From positions 14,818,001-14,882,000 of the forward strand of contig JANJGN010000033.1 of the NCBI GenBank assembly GCA_026770705.1: 64,000 nt of DNA. The letters are read 5' to 3'. Source of the DNA: Isurus oxyrinchus (Eukaryota). Of this stretch, positions 12,286-24,828 are shown piece after piece. The notes under the pieces were generated by a model, which was not told the DNA's origin, made no database searches, and saw only the letters and a program-made list of their open reading frames with translations. Position 1 is the first letter of the stretch. Every line of letters begins with the position of its first letter. A program made the translations under genes and the position numbers.

Positions 12286-14709
12286 AAATATGGTAAGATT
12301 AAATTTCATGGGCAGTGAGTCTTGGTAGTATTGACAATGACAACATCGTGTCTGCAGAAGTGACTAACCTCTGAACACAGTGATTTATCATAGAACCTTA
12401 GAAGCATAAAATCGTGGCAGCACACGATAAGGCAATTTGGTCAGCTGAGTCTCTGCCAGGTTTCTCATGAGCAATTTCGATAGTCTCACTTTCACTCTCT
12501 TTCCCGATGCCCTGCATTTATTTTTCTTCAGGCACTGATGCAATTTTCTTTTGCTATCCATGAACGAATATGACTTCAGCCACCTCTTCAGGCAATGCAT
12601 CCCAGGTCATAACCACTCGCAGCTACAAAACTTGCATCTACCAACAAGGCAGAAATTGAGCAGGTATATCTTGTTCACAAAAAGCAAGACAACACCTTAA
12701 TGTCAATAAGTGCCCCGCCAGTCTACTTTCTACCATCAGCATAGGGATATCTTATTAAAAACGTATTTATATCTGTTGAACACGAATTACCCAAACAAAG
12801 CCCTGATGGATTTTCCTTGGATGTAATGAACACTTGTCCTAACGGCTGTTAATTATATCCTGGTTATCGTTTCTGAAACATTTCCTCGGGCCATGGAATC
12901 TGGCTGGTCCTTCACAATTTGCCTGCCTAAATTTGGAGAATGTTTTCTAAGTTGCCTGTTTTTTTGGGCCTTCAGGCTAACAGACGCTTATAATTTAGAA
13001 GTGATCAACACATCCTTGTTGCTTTGTTGTATTTGTCCCTATCAGCAAGCAAGTGCCACGTAAAGAGAATACCAGGTCGGGCCTGTAGGTACATCTCAAC
13101 AGTTCCTTTAAATGGCCCAGTAAGTCATTCAGTTCAAGGCAGTTCGGATGGCCATCAAATGTTGAACTTGCCAGCGACATTCCCGTCACATGAAATAATT
13201 AAATATGTGTAAATTTTGAAATGGCCCCCTCTCGAATATGGCCTGTTATAGCTATTGACTGGGCCAAAACTTCCAGTTCAGATCTGAATTAGAGACAAGA
13301 ATACATCAGGTTACAAACTCTAAGCATTGTAAAGAAATAAGGCTTGGCTCAGGTAATAATTGAAACTTTGGAACTCGCCTTTTATCCAGGAATATAACAC
13401 GTCCAAAGCTAAGGTCAAGGAGGAGGGTGTCACAACAACTGAAGGTGCTCATCTGTGGAAAATTCTCATTAATATTTGCCCATAGTATCTTTACAGTCTG
13501 CACATCCTTCCCAAAGTTTCGTTTCCTGAAGTTCAGTTGAGGCCGAAGACACATGTAACCCAGGTTTACCAAAGCATCCTTGCTTTTGCAGTTAACGTCC
13601 CTACTTATAAAGCCTGGGGTCACATTGATCTATTTTAAAATTAACAAGTAATGTAGAGTTGGTAGAATGGAAAAGAGCAAGGAAGATTGTAATAGATTTC
13701 AAGTTACAATCGATAGGATGCTGCCATTGTCTAACACGTCAAGTGTAATTCAATGCATTAAGGTGTGAGGTGGTATATTTCCGGGTTAAGAGTAAGGAAA
13801 TATAATTAAATTTAAATTGTACGACTTAAAGGGAGTTCACAGACATGAGGTGTGCTTGTACTGAAATCTTTGAAGATGGAAGGATAGCATGAAAAAATCA
13901 ATTTGTTACCCGTAATGTTCAAGTTATTGCGTGGCGCACCAAGTCATAAAGTTCTGAAAGTACTCTGTCAAACAGTAGTTCATCTGCAAGAGCAATATTG
14001 TGGGCAATTATGAATACTGCACTTTAGAAAGGAGAAGACATGTTTGACAGGGTAGGGTAATTTTTTTACAAGATGGAGAATAGCAGTGATGTGAATGGAC
14101 TGATGATGCTCCAGTTTTATTTCTCCTGGAAGGAGAGAATCTTTAACAGTTGTCGAAATCGTGGAGTACTGTATTTAGCAAAAAGAGATAAACTGCTTTG
14201 AATGGTTGACGTTTCATAACCATAAAACACAAACTCATGGTGACAAGCAAAAGAGCCAAACATGAAATGATGGAACTGACTAGTAAACAATGAAAAACGT
14301 TTTCCAATAACTTTATTTGTATTTAAATTTTCTGTTTGATTTCCATCCAATGCATGAACAGAGTTTCATTCACGCAGTGAACTTTAAGGCAACACACGTA
14401 TTTGAACTTAACAGCTGAGCAACATTATGTTAGTTTATGAATGAAACATTAATTTGAATTCATTTTACCTGTGTGACTGGATGGATGCTTCGCTGGCAAT
14501 AGAGTAAGGGGAGTCGAGAAGATGCAAATCCATTCAAATTACCCATGCCATCCTTTCCTGGCTTTAGCACAGCTTCAAGCATGATCGTGAAGTTTTAATC
14601 ATGACTCTTTCCCTAAAAATGGTTTAATAAAGGAACCCAGCATTGGTAAAATAAATCTTTGCAACGATTTCTTGTCTGGCCCATGTCGAGTTTTACTGTA
14701 CCTTTCCAA

Positions 14710-14935
14710 AGTTTTCTCTTTGTCTGTTTCTCTCTCTCTCTGTTTAAATTTCTTTCTGTCTCTCTCTTCCTCTACCTCTCACTCTATGTGTCTCTCTCCT
14801 CGATTTTAGCTGTCTTTCACTTTCCTCTCTCTATTTTATCCTGTCTCCTTCATTCCTCTGTGTGGTGTGTGGGCACTGTCTCTCTTTCTATCTATCACTA
14901 TCTGTCTGTCGGCCTGTCTATCTATCTCTGTCTCA
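14710..14935. repeat. Degenerate (CT)n/(TCTA)n low-complexity tract (copy 2 at ~39770-39990)
   Basis: Pyrimidine-rich simple repeats visible directly. Confidence 0.7.
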
Positions 14936-15657
14936 CACTATTGCATAAGTTCCATCTTTGCTTGTGGTCCTGTCACACTTCAGTTATCCCTCTTCCACTT
15001 TTTCTAATTGCCCCTGTCTGTTGCACTTTTATCTGCTGATCCATTGGTTGTTCATCGACCCCAGGGCAGAATAAGTTTCCTTGGAATTTTTTTCTGCATC
15101 TTTTTCAGAGTTCCATCCACTCACAACGCCCCCAACCAACCAAATACCCGCACCCCCCCCCCCCCCCCCCTCCACTCCACACCAAGCCGCTAACCTGTAC
15201 CTGCAAACCTGCCACCCATGCATTAATTCAACATTTGAAACATTTGCGTGTGCTGTTAGCTAATAAGAAGCTGTAATGGAGCAGGCAACTCCTTCGAACT
15301 CAACCACAGCACACTGAGCCTCGCCAGGTAGAGCACACACATGGAGGAGCAGTTCTGAGTCTTTCGAGGCTCAGCAGTCAGTTCCTGTGAGGGGGAACTG
15401 CTGCTTCCCTTTGGCCAGCTTCACGATTGGCCAGGTTTTTTGGAAAAAGAAGTTTCACTGAAATTTGCCTCCGGTGGTAACTGCTGCTTCTAACCTTTGG
15501 GCAGCTTCGGGGGTTTCCTGCCAGCGTTCAATTCGGAGTTTTCAAAAAGCTGGCACGTCTTTTGCAGCTTCCCAAATTTAGCTGCTCTCTGCGACGACCT
15601 AGTTTGCCTAGTGATTGCACTGGCCCTGACTGGATCCAAGGATATAGATTCCATGGA

Positions 15658-17170
15658 ATGCCGTAGCAAAATGGGTAGATGAGGGAAATGCATTAAATGT
15701 AGTGTGCATGATCTTCTACAAGGCATTAGATAAGAACATAAGAAGTAGGTGCAGGAGTAATACATTCAGCCCCCCAAGTCTGCCCTGCCATTCAATAAGA
15801 TCATGGCTGATCTGCCCCAAGCTTTGACTCCTCTTTTGCACCAGCTCCTCAGCGTCCTCAGCTCCTCGATATTTCAAAAATCTATTTAACACCTCTTCAG
15901 TACTTTCATTGACCTAGCCTCAACAGGTCTCTTGGGTAGAGAATTCTAGGCATTCATTACCCTCTGAGAGAAGAAATTCCATTGTGTCTCAGTTTTAAAT
16001 GAGCTACACAAAGAGCATGCAAGCAAAGTTATAACACTGGAATAAATGGAAACAGGGCAGATATGAATACTAAATTCGAGGAGTGACAGGAAAGAGAGAC
16101 GAGTGGTGACAGTTTGCTTTTCGGGCTGGAGGAGGATATATACTTGAGTTCTCTTTGCTCACTGTCAGGACTGCTGCTTCTTCGTGTGTTAGGAAAATGA
16201 CAAAGGATCGGACATGCAATGCGAAAATTCTAATTTTGAGCATGACTCAATACTAAGAAATGTTGTGAAGTCGAGGAGGATTGTGCTAAATTCAAAAGGA
16301 CATAGAAAGGCTGACAGATTTGGCAGCCAAATGGCAGTGGGAAATTAATGCTCATAAGTGTGAAGTAATTAATAGTTGTCGAACAAATTGTGTAATATAT
16401 TGTAAAATAAAGTTTACAATTCAGGAGAGTGTACAGACACAGAGAGATCTGGGGTATACGTGCACAAATCATTGAAGGTGGAAGAATAGTTTGAGTGAGC
16501 ATCTAATAAAGCATACACAATCCTGCGCTCTCTAAACAGGGCATAGATTGCAAAGTTAAGGAAGTTGTGATCAAACTGCAAAAAATACTTGGTTGGCCTC
16601 ACCTGCATTATTGCGTTCAATCCTAGACACAACAATTTGGGAACAAGGGGCCAGCATTGGAGAGGGTGCATGAAAGCTTCCCGAGAATCATTTTTGAGTT
16701 GAGAAACTTCAGTTATGGAGATCAATTAGAGAAGCCGGGACTGTTCTCCATGGAGAGGAAAAGTTTGGGAGGAGATTTGATAGAGCCATTCAAACGTATG
16801 AGTGATCTGGACAGGACAGATAGAGAGGAACAATTCCCAATGGGTGAATAATCAAGAAACTGAAGACACTGATTTTAGATGATTTGCCGCATAAGTAATG
16901 GTGGTGGGAGGGAAAGTAAAATTTACTTACATAGTGAGTGGTTGAGATGTGGATAGTATTATGGAAAATTGTGGTGCAAGAAGATTCAATGTGCCTTCCA
17001 AGGGGGAATTAGATCATTATATGAAGAATAAAAAAAAACAGTGCTTTGGAGAATTGATGTGGGAGTGGCACTAAGTGACTTACACGCAAAGAGAGCTGGC
17101 ACAGGAAGGATTGCTCAGATGGCCACTTTCAGTGCTAAAAACATTGTATGATTCAATGTGTCTATGACTT
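15658..17170 (+). mobile_element. CR1-type LINE fragment carrying an antisense CR1 3' piece at ~15730-16000
   Basis: LERVHESFPRIIFELRNFSYGDQLEKPGLFSMERKSLGGDLIEPFK is CR1 ORF2 C-terminus. 'ataagaacataagaagtagg...' is an inverted CR1 tail. Confidence 0.75.
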
Positions 17171-17313
17171 CTAAGCACTGTGCCAGACCATTAATTATGT
17201 TCTGCTGTTGAGATATGTTGTTACCGTGAGATGATTCTGTTATTTTGCAATTTGTGCTACAAAAAGGCAAATAATGTTATGGTTATACAAAGCCTTGGTG
17301 AAAAAATCACCTA

Positions 17314-17695
17314 TTTTTCATTCCTTAATGTGATAGGGGTATCGTTGGCAAATCCAGCATTTTTGCCCAGCCATAATTCATTTTGAACAAAAAATTGTGG
17401 AGAGCAGGTAAAAATCAGCTAAATTGCTCTGGGTCTGGAAATTTCTGTAGGCCAGACGGATCTGGGTAAGCATCTTGGATTTTTTTCCCCCTAAGACTTT
17501 AATGAACTAGATGGGTCTTTCTGACAATAGATGATAGGTCCACAGTTACTGAGACGAGCTTTATATTCCAAATTTATTGACTGAATTTCAATTCAACTAG
17601 CTGCCACGGTGGGAATTGAACCCATCTCCCCAGGGCATTCGCATGGGTCTTTGGATTATCAATCGAGTGACACTATAACTATGGCACCAGCCCCG
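17314..17695 (-). mobile_element. tRNA-derived SINE with LINE-like 3' tail (copy 2 at 42833-43213)
   Basis: Minus strand begins cggggctggtgccatagt (A-box-like), has the B box GGGTTCAATTCCCACC (17608-17623) and ends with a tail resembling the LINE tail at 11060-11130. Confidence 0.75.
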
Positions 17696-19022
17696 CTAAC
17701 TTTGGAACTATTTTCAGGTTTACACCATAACTCAGTTAGGATAATAGTTCCGCTAAAATGCTGAGAGGTTGCATTAAGGTCAGTTGATTTATCTTCAATC
17801 TAGGCCAGTTGATATGTAGTTTAATCGACAAATTTAAAATAAGTAGAGGGAGAAAAATCTTCAATGCAGCCGCAGAGAAAGCATTTCACATCACGGGAAG
17901 TAAGGAGGATAACCATAACATTAAACACAAACCCTTTATGGTGCAAACCTGTAAGGATGGTTTCACACGAAGTGTAGAGGAAATCTAAATCTTAATTCCT
18001 GAAACGATGATGCAGGAAGGCTGGGGAGCGGAAGTTGGTGATTGCAGGAACTACATAGCTGGATTGTTATTCTTTAAGTGTATCAAGCTTTCTAAAATAA
18101 CGGTGGATAAATAGAACTGTAGCAAAGACCATCTATGATGTCAATGAATGGCAGTTCGCGCTTGCGAGGCCAGCACGCAATAGTGAAGTGTGGGGGGATT
18201 GACTGATAATCTTCTAAAAAGCACTCAGGTGTGCTCTACAATGAAGCGCCCCTAGATTTTGAACTGGATGATATAGGAATATTAAACATGGGAACATTAT
18301 GTATCCACATGAACTTACACTGCCCTTCAAATAAATCATGCCTGACCTGCATCTTAAATTAGGTTAACTAGCTTTGCGACATTCCTTGATACACCAATCT
18401 AATAAAATGTTTCTATCATAGTTTTAATAAGTCCACAATGACCCCAAGCATGCAAAGCATGTTGGGCGAAAGAGCTGCAGATATGCACCACTCTATACGT
18501 GAAAGAGTATTTGCTAGTTTTCCTCCTGGATGGCATATGTTTAGTTTAAAATCGAAGGACATTGTTACTGAGTGCTCGCTCAAAAAGCATAGGTCATCAG
18601 CAGCTAACCAACAATCAGGTCAATTGCTTTGCTCATTTTAGACTCTTTGATTGCACGTCAATTTTCTGTCAGCCAACATGAACATAAGAGGCCGAATGGG
18701 TTCCATCTGTGTTGTAATTTTCTAGGATTGTAATAATTTATCTCATTCCTGTCATCATAAATTCATATTCTAATCCTGGTCACATTCGACGGAATTTGCA
18801 ATGCTTCTCCAGCAAGGCCCATTTTCCTGATGTGTGGTTCCTAAAATTAAAAAAAGAGATAACGCTCTGGATAGGGTCTGTCCTGAGTTCTATACAGCCA
18901 AAGAATAATGTCTACACCTGACTTTTCCAGCCCTTGTGACAAAGAAGAACTTCGTAATAAGAGTTACTATTTCTTCTTATGCTTATCAATTAACTTACAA
19001 CCATTTTTGTACATGGGCAGAA

Positions 19023-19104
19023 AAGTCTTTGACAGATATAAAAACAAAAAAAAAGAAAAAAACAAAAAAAACAGAAAAAAAAAAAAAGCAAGTCTTTGAC
19101 AGAT
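19023..19104 (+). repeat. A-rich tract (52 bp) flanked by the 15-bp direct repeat AAGTCTTTGACAGAT
   Basis: Direct repeats at 19023-19037 and 19090-19104. Confidence 0.85.
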
Positions 19105-19359
19105 CCTTTCTTCTCACAGCTTGGAACAAATGCTGGTATATCTTTTCTTTTTCGTGTCCTAAATGAACTCAGTTTTACACGTTGAATTGCATCTGCAATA
19201 GTTTGGGCCACTTACACTATCATTGTGAAACAGCCTTATGCCATAATCAGGAACTCCTAGCCCAGGGTTTCCACTGACCAATTTGTTTGCATGCATGTAA
19301 CACATTAAGCCACTTAAGATGATAGACAACATGAATGGATGAATATTGAGATCTAATGA

Positions 19360-20270
19360 TCAGTTATTTTTATTTTTGATCACTTTAACAATTACCATAA
19401 AGGGATATTTTAAGAGATTCTTCACCTCCTCTCTGAATTTACGTTGTATCACGGCATACATGCAGGTGTTGGTGCAGCAAGCCGTGAGTTGAAGCATGAA
19501 AGCTAATTCCCGTATGTACACCGGTAAGTACACAGTCAAATAGCCCAGGTACGTCATTCGCCAATAAATACAATATATCATATATAATGTCCAAAGCACT
19601 ATGAAATTCCCTGAAACCCCATAGAGAATAATCATTGATTTCCTGCGGTTCTCCATCTCTTGGTCAGTGAGACACTCTGTATTGACATGACTGCGTAGTC
19701 TCCTGCGGGCTCTGTTGGCCAGTAAAATGTACTTGACGGTGAGAGCATTGAAAAACAAGACAAGAACAAATGGAATACATGGATTTATAATATAATGGAT
19801 GAATTCCACCGTTCCCCAAGCCTTTGATTCAGCAACACTGTCTGGCACATTACAAAACCAGGATTGATTTATTAACCAGTAATTGCCCGTGTACATAAAA
19901 CACCAAAAAATATTTTTTAAAGAGAAGAGCGCAATTATTGCCAATATGACCACATTTGCTGTTTTCTCCACACAATATTTAATTTTTAGCCTTTGGCAGC
20001 AAATCGCTATATATCGGTCAAAGGTGAAACTAACAGTGAACCACACAGAACAGTCTGTGACTGCATGAAGAATGGCTGCATGGATATTACATACTGGGAT
20101 ATTCCTTATGAAGTTGAACTCTATACGGTAATTAGTAGGGATATGTCTCAACATCACATCAAAAGTAACGACCAGTAGATCAGCTGCGGCCATGGCCACC
20201 AGGTAACGAGTGATACATTTGGAGAGACCACACTTTCCACGAGACAAGATCACAATTGTCACAATGTTAA
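19360..20270 (-). CDS. GPR139-like class A GPCR (probable G-protein coupled receptor 139-like), copy 1, coding exon 2; full CDS join(23407-23257,20270-19360), 353 aa
   Basis: Acceptor 'cttcttacag|TT AAC' at 20271/20270. Seven-TM pattern with AAADLL (TM2), C...FTFDRYIAIC (TM3), NPCIPF (TM5) and CCTNTCMY (TM7). Open to TGA at 19360. Confidence 0.93.
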
Positions 20271-23256
20271 CTGTAAGAAGTTAAACGAAAACATATAAAA
20301 ATCAGAGTGAAGGTGTCTATCTTCTGGACTCATTGCTAACACAATGCTGTTGATGGAAATGACTTTCAGTGAAAAGAATGTTTGACTACACTTCAGTGAC
20401 TATTGGAAAATATTCATCCAGTTAGAAACAACTAAATGGGTAATGCAAGACAGTATAAGAATATCATATTCAAAATAAAATGCTATAGTGTATTTGGTGC
20501 CTGAAATTTTGGCACTGGACATTCTTCCATTGCTTAAAGTGTTGTATCAGGCAACTGGACGAGTATGAGAACATGTTAAGCCAATTCCCCAGTTGTGATA
20601 CATAGTAATTGAAGGGATCTTATTGGGCATCTAACTAATTGCAATGGTCACAACTCACTGATGCTGTGTTACATGTGTGACCAGTGAATGACTAGCCCCT
20701 GATCGTGACTCATATTCAAGGTTATGGAGGAGGAAACAAATCCATGTTCATTTCCTGTTCATTTTTCAGTATCTGCTGCTGTAATTTAGGACTTCACATT
20801 TCAGGATGATAGGATCAGCCATAGTGAAACTCTTTAGGAATTAACGAGAGGCATATTGATCTGTAGGAGCTTGGAAGTGGAGACAAGACATGTACATGCA
20901 GCTAAACTCTAACAAAGTTAAAGAGCTTTATTTCCCATCTGGGAATCTTGCAACAAGGAATCAGACCACTCGAACATTCTTTCTTGTGCCAGCACTTTTA
21001 ATGAATGTCAAATTGAATGGATTACCCTGCTTTTCCTTATAATTTTAGAATATTCACGACAACAAAGTCATTATCCAATTTACTTTTGAGTGTTAGTCTT
21101 GAAACTGCTTTCATCACTCTTTGAGACATTGAAAAATTAACCAACGCTCTACTTTCAAACAAAATCCTCGTACCAGCTATGGCACTTTTGACATGTACCT
21201 TAAATCGATCCTTTGTTTACCAACGCTCCTTCTAATGAAAGACGTCCTCTTTGTTTCTTCCTTCCACTCATTTGATAATATTAAGTTGAAATAAAATATT
21301 ACCTGCCACCTCGTTAAAATTCTCTGCAAGAAGGAGAATTATTGCAGTTTCTCGAGCCTCACCACGTTAAGGAAGATTGAAAAGCACACTTAAGATTGGA
21401 TAAGAGGATTAATATATAGGCTTAGTCAAAGGAGCTGCACATTAATACGGCATTATGAAATTCGAGAAGGATCTGACATAGGAAGAACGGGGAAGCAGGA
21501 TGTGAGCGTGCAACCTTAGAAAATGTTGGGCAGTATGTGTATTTATTGTGAAACTAACTCTGGATTTTGAGAAAGTAATCATCAAACCAGCACGAGCAAG
21601 TTCGGGAGAGGTGGTGAAATAGAATGAAGAAAGCTACCACATATAATCGATAAAACAAACATTAATTTACTTGTTCCATCCGTTGCAATAATTACACACA
21701 CTGATCAACTTATATTGATATCATTGAATTTTCACCAAATGCACACAATATTTGTTCAAATTGTCAAAATACATCGCAGAAATATCGGTTCTTTCGTGCA
21801 ATAGAACATTGGCCATATCAGATCTTTCCTGCGGTACAACATTGGCCATGCTGCAGAAGGGTTTTTTTTACATCGGTAAAGCCATTTTTGATATCCATCA
21901 TTGAACGGTGCCATGCAATTGCACATTTCTCTGTATTTTATTTGTTTTGTATGGATCTCAAAATTCGATGTTTTACTAACATGAATCATAATTCCAAAAT
22001 ATCATCATGGATTCATAAACCTGTGATATGGAAAAGCTGAGAGTTTTAACCTGTTTGTGAGCTATGGCTCCATGGACAATTAATATAGGAACATTGCAAC
22101 AGACTGATGGAAATTGCTGAATGTGCCTATCTATGAATTATCAGTAAATTGTTACATATTGATATGGGATAACATTTCGAAACAGAATTGTTAATCAGCC
22201 ACTGATGTTGTGCTGAATAAAGATATGTTGAATGGAAACTAGAAGTGTCGCACTTGCGGAGATACCTCAAACAAATGGCTATAGATACAGTGCGGAACTA
22301 TAGGTTCAACTATCAGTGCACTATAGCACTGGTTCAAAACGTTGTGGTGCACTGAACACTAGTTAACTTGAAGATGCAATGTTCATTGTATGGAAACCAT
22401 ATGGTCGTGCCCTCATACAGTTACATCTGTCTAATTGGTTGCATTATCAGGCACAGAAAGAAGAGGGCTGATAGCAGACTCATTGGAACATGCTAACAAA
22501 GCTAGAACAAACAATGCAGTTCATCGTCATTACCCAAATAATGTATAAAAATAATCTCCTAAATGCAAGAATAGTAATGCTGTTTGGAGTAAATCATAAT
22601 ATAGCTATTAAAAGATACTGATATTAACGTATAATGTCCAAATATTCTGTGTGAGGCAGCTTAGCGGAGTTGAATTACTTCTCTGTGGCTCACCATTTGT
22701 TGTACTCACTCTATTACTCGACATAACAAAGTATTTCTTCAGATAAGATTAAAGTCCTCGCATTTAACGCTCTACTCTCAAACTTGCATGGTACGGCCAC
22801 GACAAACAGCACAAGTAATCATTCAACAATGTGATGATCTTATATACTGAAGTAAAGTTCGATGGTTAGCCAAATCTATCCAGATCAAACAAATTGTAAA
22901 AAAAAGTGAAGACAATGATCTCAATGAAATACACAGGCGGCTGGAAACAACCACGTCACGGAAGCATGGTACCTTGTTATACTTAGAGCAGACCAACTTT
23001 AGTCAGTGCAGAGGAGCAGTGACAGAAATAGTCCGATTGGAGATTTTAAAACATACAGCCTATAGATTTAGTCACTGAATATCAATGACTTGCGTGGCGC
23101 GTGAATAGTAAATGGGTGCGAAAATATTAATGATAAATATGACGCAGCTGTGCAATTGAACAAGCTTCATTGATGATTCAAATTGATACCGTAATGTGAA
23201 TAATTCACTAACATCATAAACGGCAATGAAATACCTAGCTGGAAACAATGACTTAC

Positions 23257-23407
23257 AAGGAACACCAAATGCAACCAGAATTGGATAATAAACGCGCTGC
23301 ACATTCCGAAAAGCAATTTGTATTTTCAGCAGCGGCAACATGTACGATAGTCGATCTTGCGTGAAAAGTGATGAACTTTCAAACTCCAGCATTTGACTTC
23401 CATCCAT
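23257..23407 (-). CDS. GPR139-like class A GPCR, copy 1, coding exon 1 (MDGSQ...YYPILVAFGVP, phase-1 donor)
   Basis: ATG at 23407; 50 codons plus 1 nt, then a GTAAGT donor (plus strand 'acttac' 23251-23256). YYP-x5-G-x-P start of TM1 is typical of GPR139/GPR142-type genes. Splices in frame to exon 2 to give GVPFNIVTIVILS. Confidence 0.88.
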
Positions 23408-23463
23408 GATCCACTTTCTGTGGCATCCACAGATTCGTTTGGCACTTGTAGAAATGCCTTTCT

Positions 23464-23527
23464 TCTTATAGAACTGATTATACTCTAGTGTGTTAATTAT
23501 GACCCAGTAGCACCCACATTAATTACA
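23464..23527 (-). promoter_or_regulatory. Putative proximal promoter of GPCR copy 1: two TAATTA homeodomain-type sites and a TATA-like CTATAAGA (identical in copy 2, ~49006-49069)
   Basis: TAATTA at 23494-23499 and 23520-23525; minus-strand ctataagaag about 60 nt upstream of the ATG. Confidence 0.35.
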
Positions 23528-23799
23528 GCAGTTGAACAAACAGATTCTGTTATTCCCCTTGTACTCAAATAGTTTCTTTTCTTGGAACACAGTGTTTTTA
23601 TCACGTGTCACGAAACCTAGTAAAATCAGCAGAGTACAAACTCAAACAAACAGGAAACTACCATATAATAGAAATGTGATGAAAGGTAAATTCGAAAAAG
23701 TAATACAGAATCTGAAGCATGGGTTTTTTTTGTCCACTTGTGCAAAGGACGAATGGAAGGACATCTGATTATTTATTTGAGGTCGTCTCTGAAAATTAA

Positions 23800-24828
23800 T
23801 CTGAAGCCGTGGTATCAGTCAGTTCTGAGCCATGGATGAATCCTACTTTGAACGATTGAAAACAAACATTGAGGAGATTTTCGGAGACACTCTTGAGTCC
23901 CATCACATTTTTGTTTACAATAAAGTATTCTATGGCTCCGGAATAAGTAGTAAACATTGCCGATTTGAAGGAAATCTTTACTTTAAAAGCTTGGCTACAA
24001 CTGTGTGCAAATACCAGCGCTGACTTTTGATTGCTTTTTAAGTATTGGCACTCGGGCATCCCCATGTAGGCGCAACTCGCACACGTCGTAAATTCCTACA
24101 GATTTGTTTTCACAATCCACAATGACGTCTGTGAGGGAGTCACATGCTTATGATTAGCCCAGGAATGCAAAAGCTTTCAATTGATTCCCTTAAAGTGTTC
24201 GCACCACAAGACGATGTAAAGATTCACATAGAGTGGGGTAAACTGTCCAATACGCTCTGCAAACACATTCATGATCTCCACGAACAGAGGATCTGATCCT
24301 CGACCACATCTGGAGAATCTTTCAGAACTTTGAACCACCTCACAAGCACTTCACAGAATCCTGAGACGGCTGCCAAAGTTTGACAACCTCCTGAATGTGT
24401 GAAATTGGTGACACTCCCCCTTCTCCTGTGAAATATAGGGACATTAAAAGCCCGACATACCTCAATAACCTATATACAATAATGAATGTAAATGGCTTCC
24501 ATGAAACGGGCCAGAATAATAAAGCAATGCTGATGGACGATTCAGCAAATGGTAAATTCCTCAATACTCCTTCAAAATTTCGAATCAATTTTGCTGGCGT
24601 GAAGACCACCTGAAAGCATGAGCTCCATATCACAAGCACAAATGCTGTGCTATCAAAGGTGTGGTTCCAGCTAACACAAATAATCACGTTGGCCAGTGTA
24701 TGGACCGAGTCCAAGCCAGCAGCATTCCGAAAATCCATGCTGTAACCAACAATCACTCCCGCCATTGTGCCCTTGCCAGTTATTTGAAATAACAACCGAA
24801 TTAGTCCGACTTTCTGACTTTCTCCCAC
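23800..24828 (-). mobile_element. Highly decayed PIF/Harbinger (DDE_Tnp_4, HARBI1-like) transposase relic
   Basis: Ordered motifs across frames: DFRN (24724-24735), VLRNLPFAESSISIALLF (24514-24567; cf. LRFLATGESYRSIA.LFG), VIEVCRAFN (24443-24469), DVIVDCENK...LHGDARV (24049-24129; cf. AIVD...HDARV) and IGNVYY (23943-23964; cf. IGDSAYP). Recognised by eye only. Confidence 0.5.

Noticed and set aside
14659-15039. 126-aa hydrophobic ORF
   Set aside because: Translation of a CT-rich simple repeat; its 5' part is not kept in frame in unit 2.
17600-17695. tRNA-like A/B boxes
   Set aside because: No complete cloverleaf; continuous with a SINE body and tail, so a SINE head and not a tRNA gene.
18908-19211. 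Lys-rich and Phe-rich short ORFs
   Set aside because: Artefacts of the A-rich tract; frames differ between the two units.
20260-20262. GTG 'start' of the 300-aa ORF (also 45802)
   Set aside because: It is an internal Val codon. The exon begins at the splice acceptor 8 nt upstream and TM1 is completed by exon 1.
23072-23256. C-terminal part of the 111-aa ORF (also 48614-48798)
   Set aside because: Read-through past the GTAAGT donor into the intron.
23796-24065. Peptide KSAMFTTYSGAIEYF superficially like bornavirus nucleoprotein (AQMTTYTTIKEYL)
   Set aside because: Single short match with no other N-protein features; the region is better explained by ordered Harbinger-like motifs in other frames.
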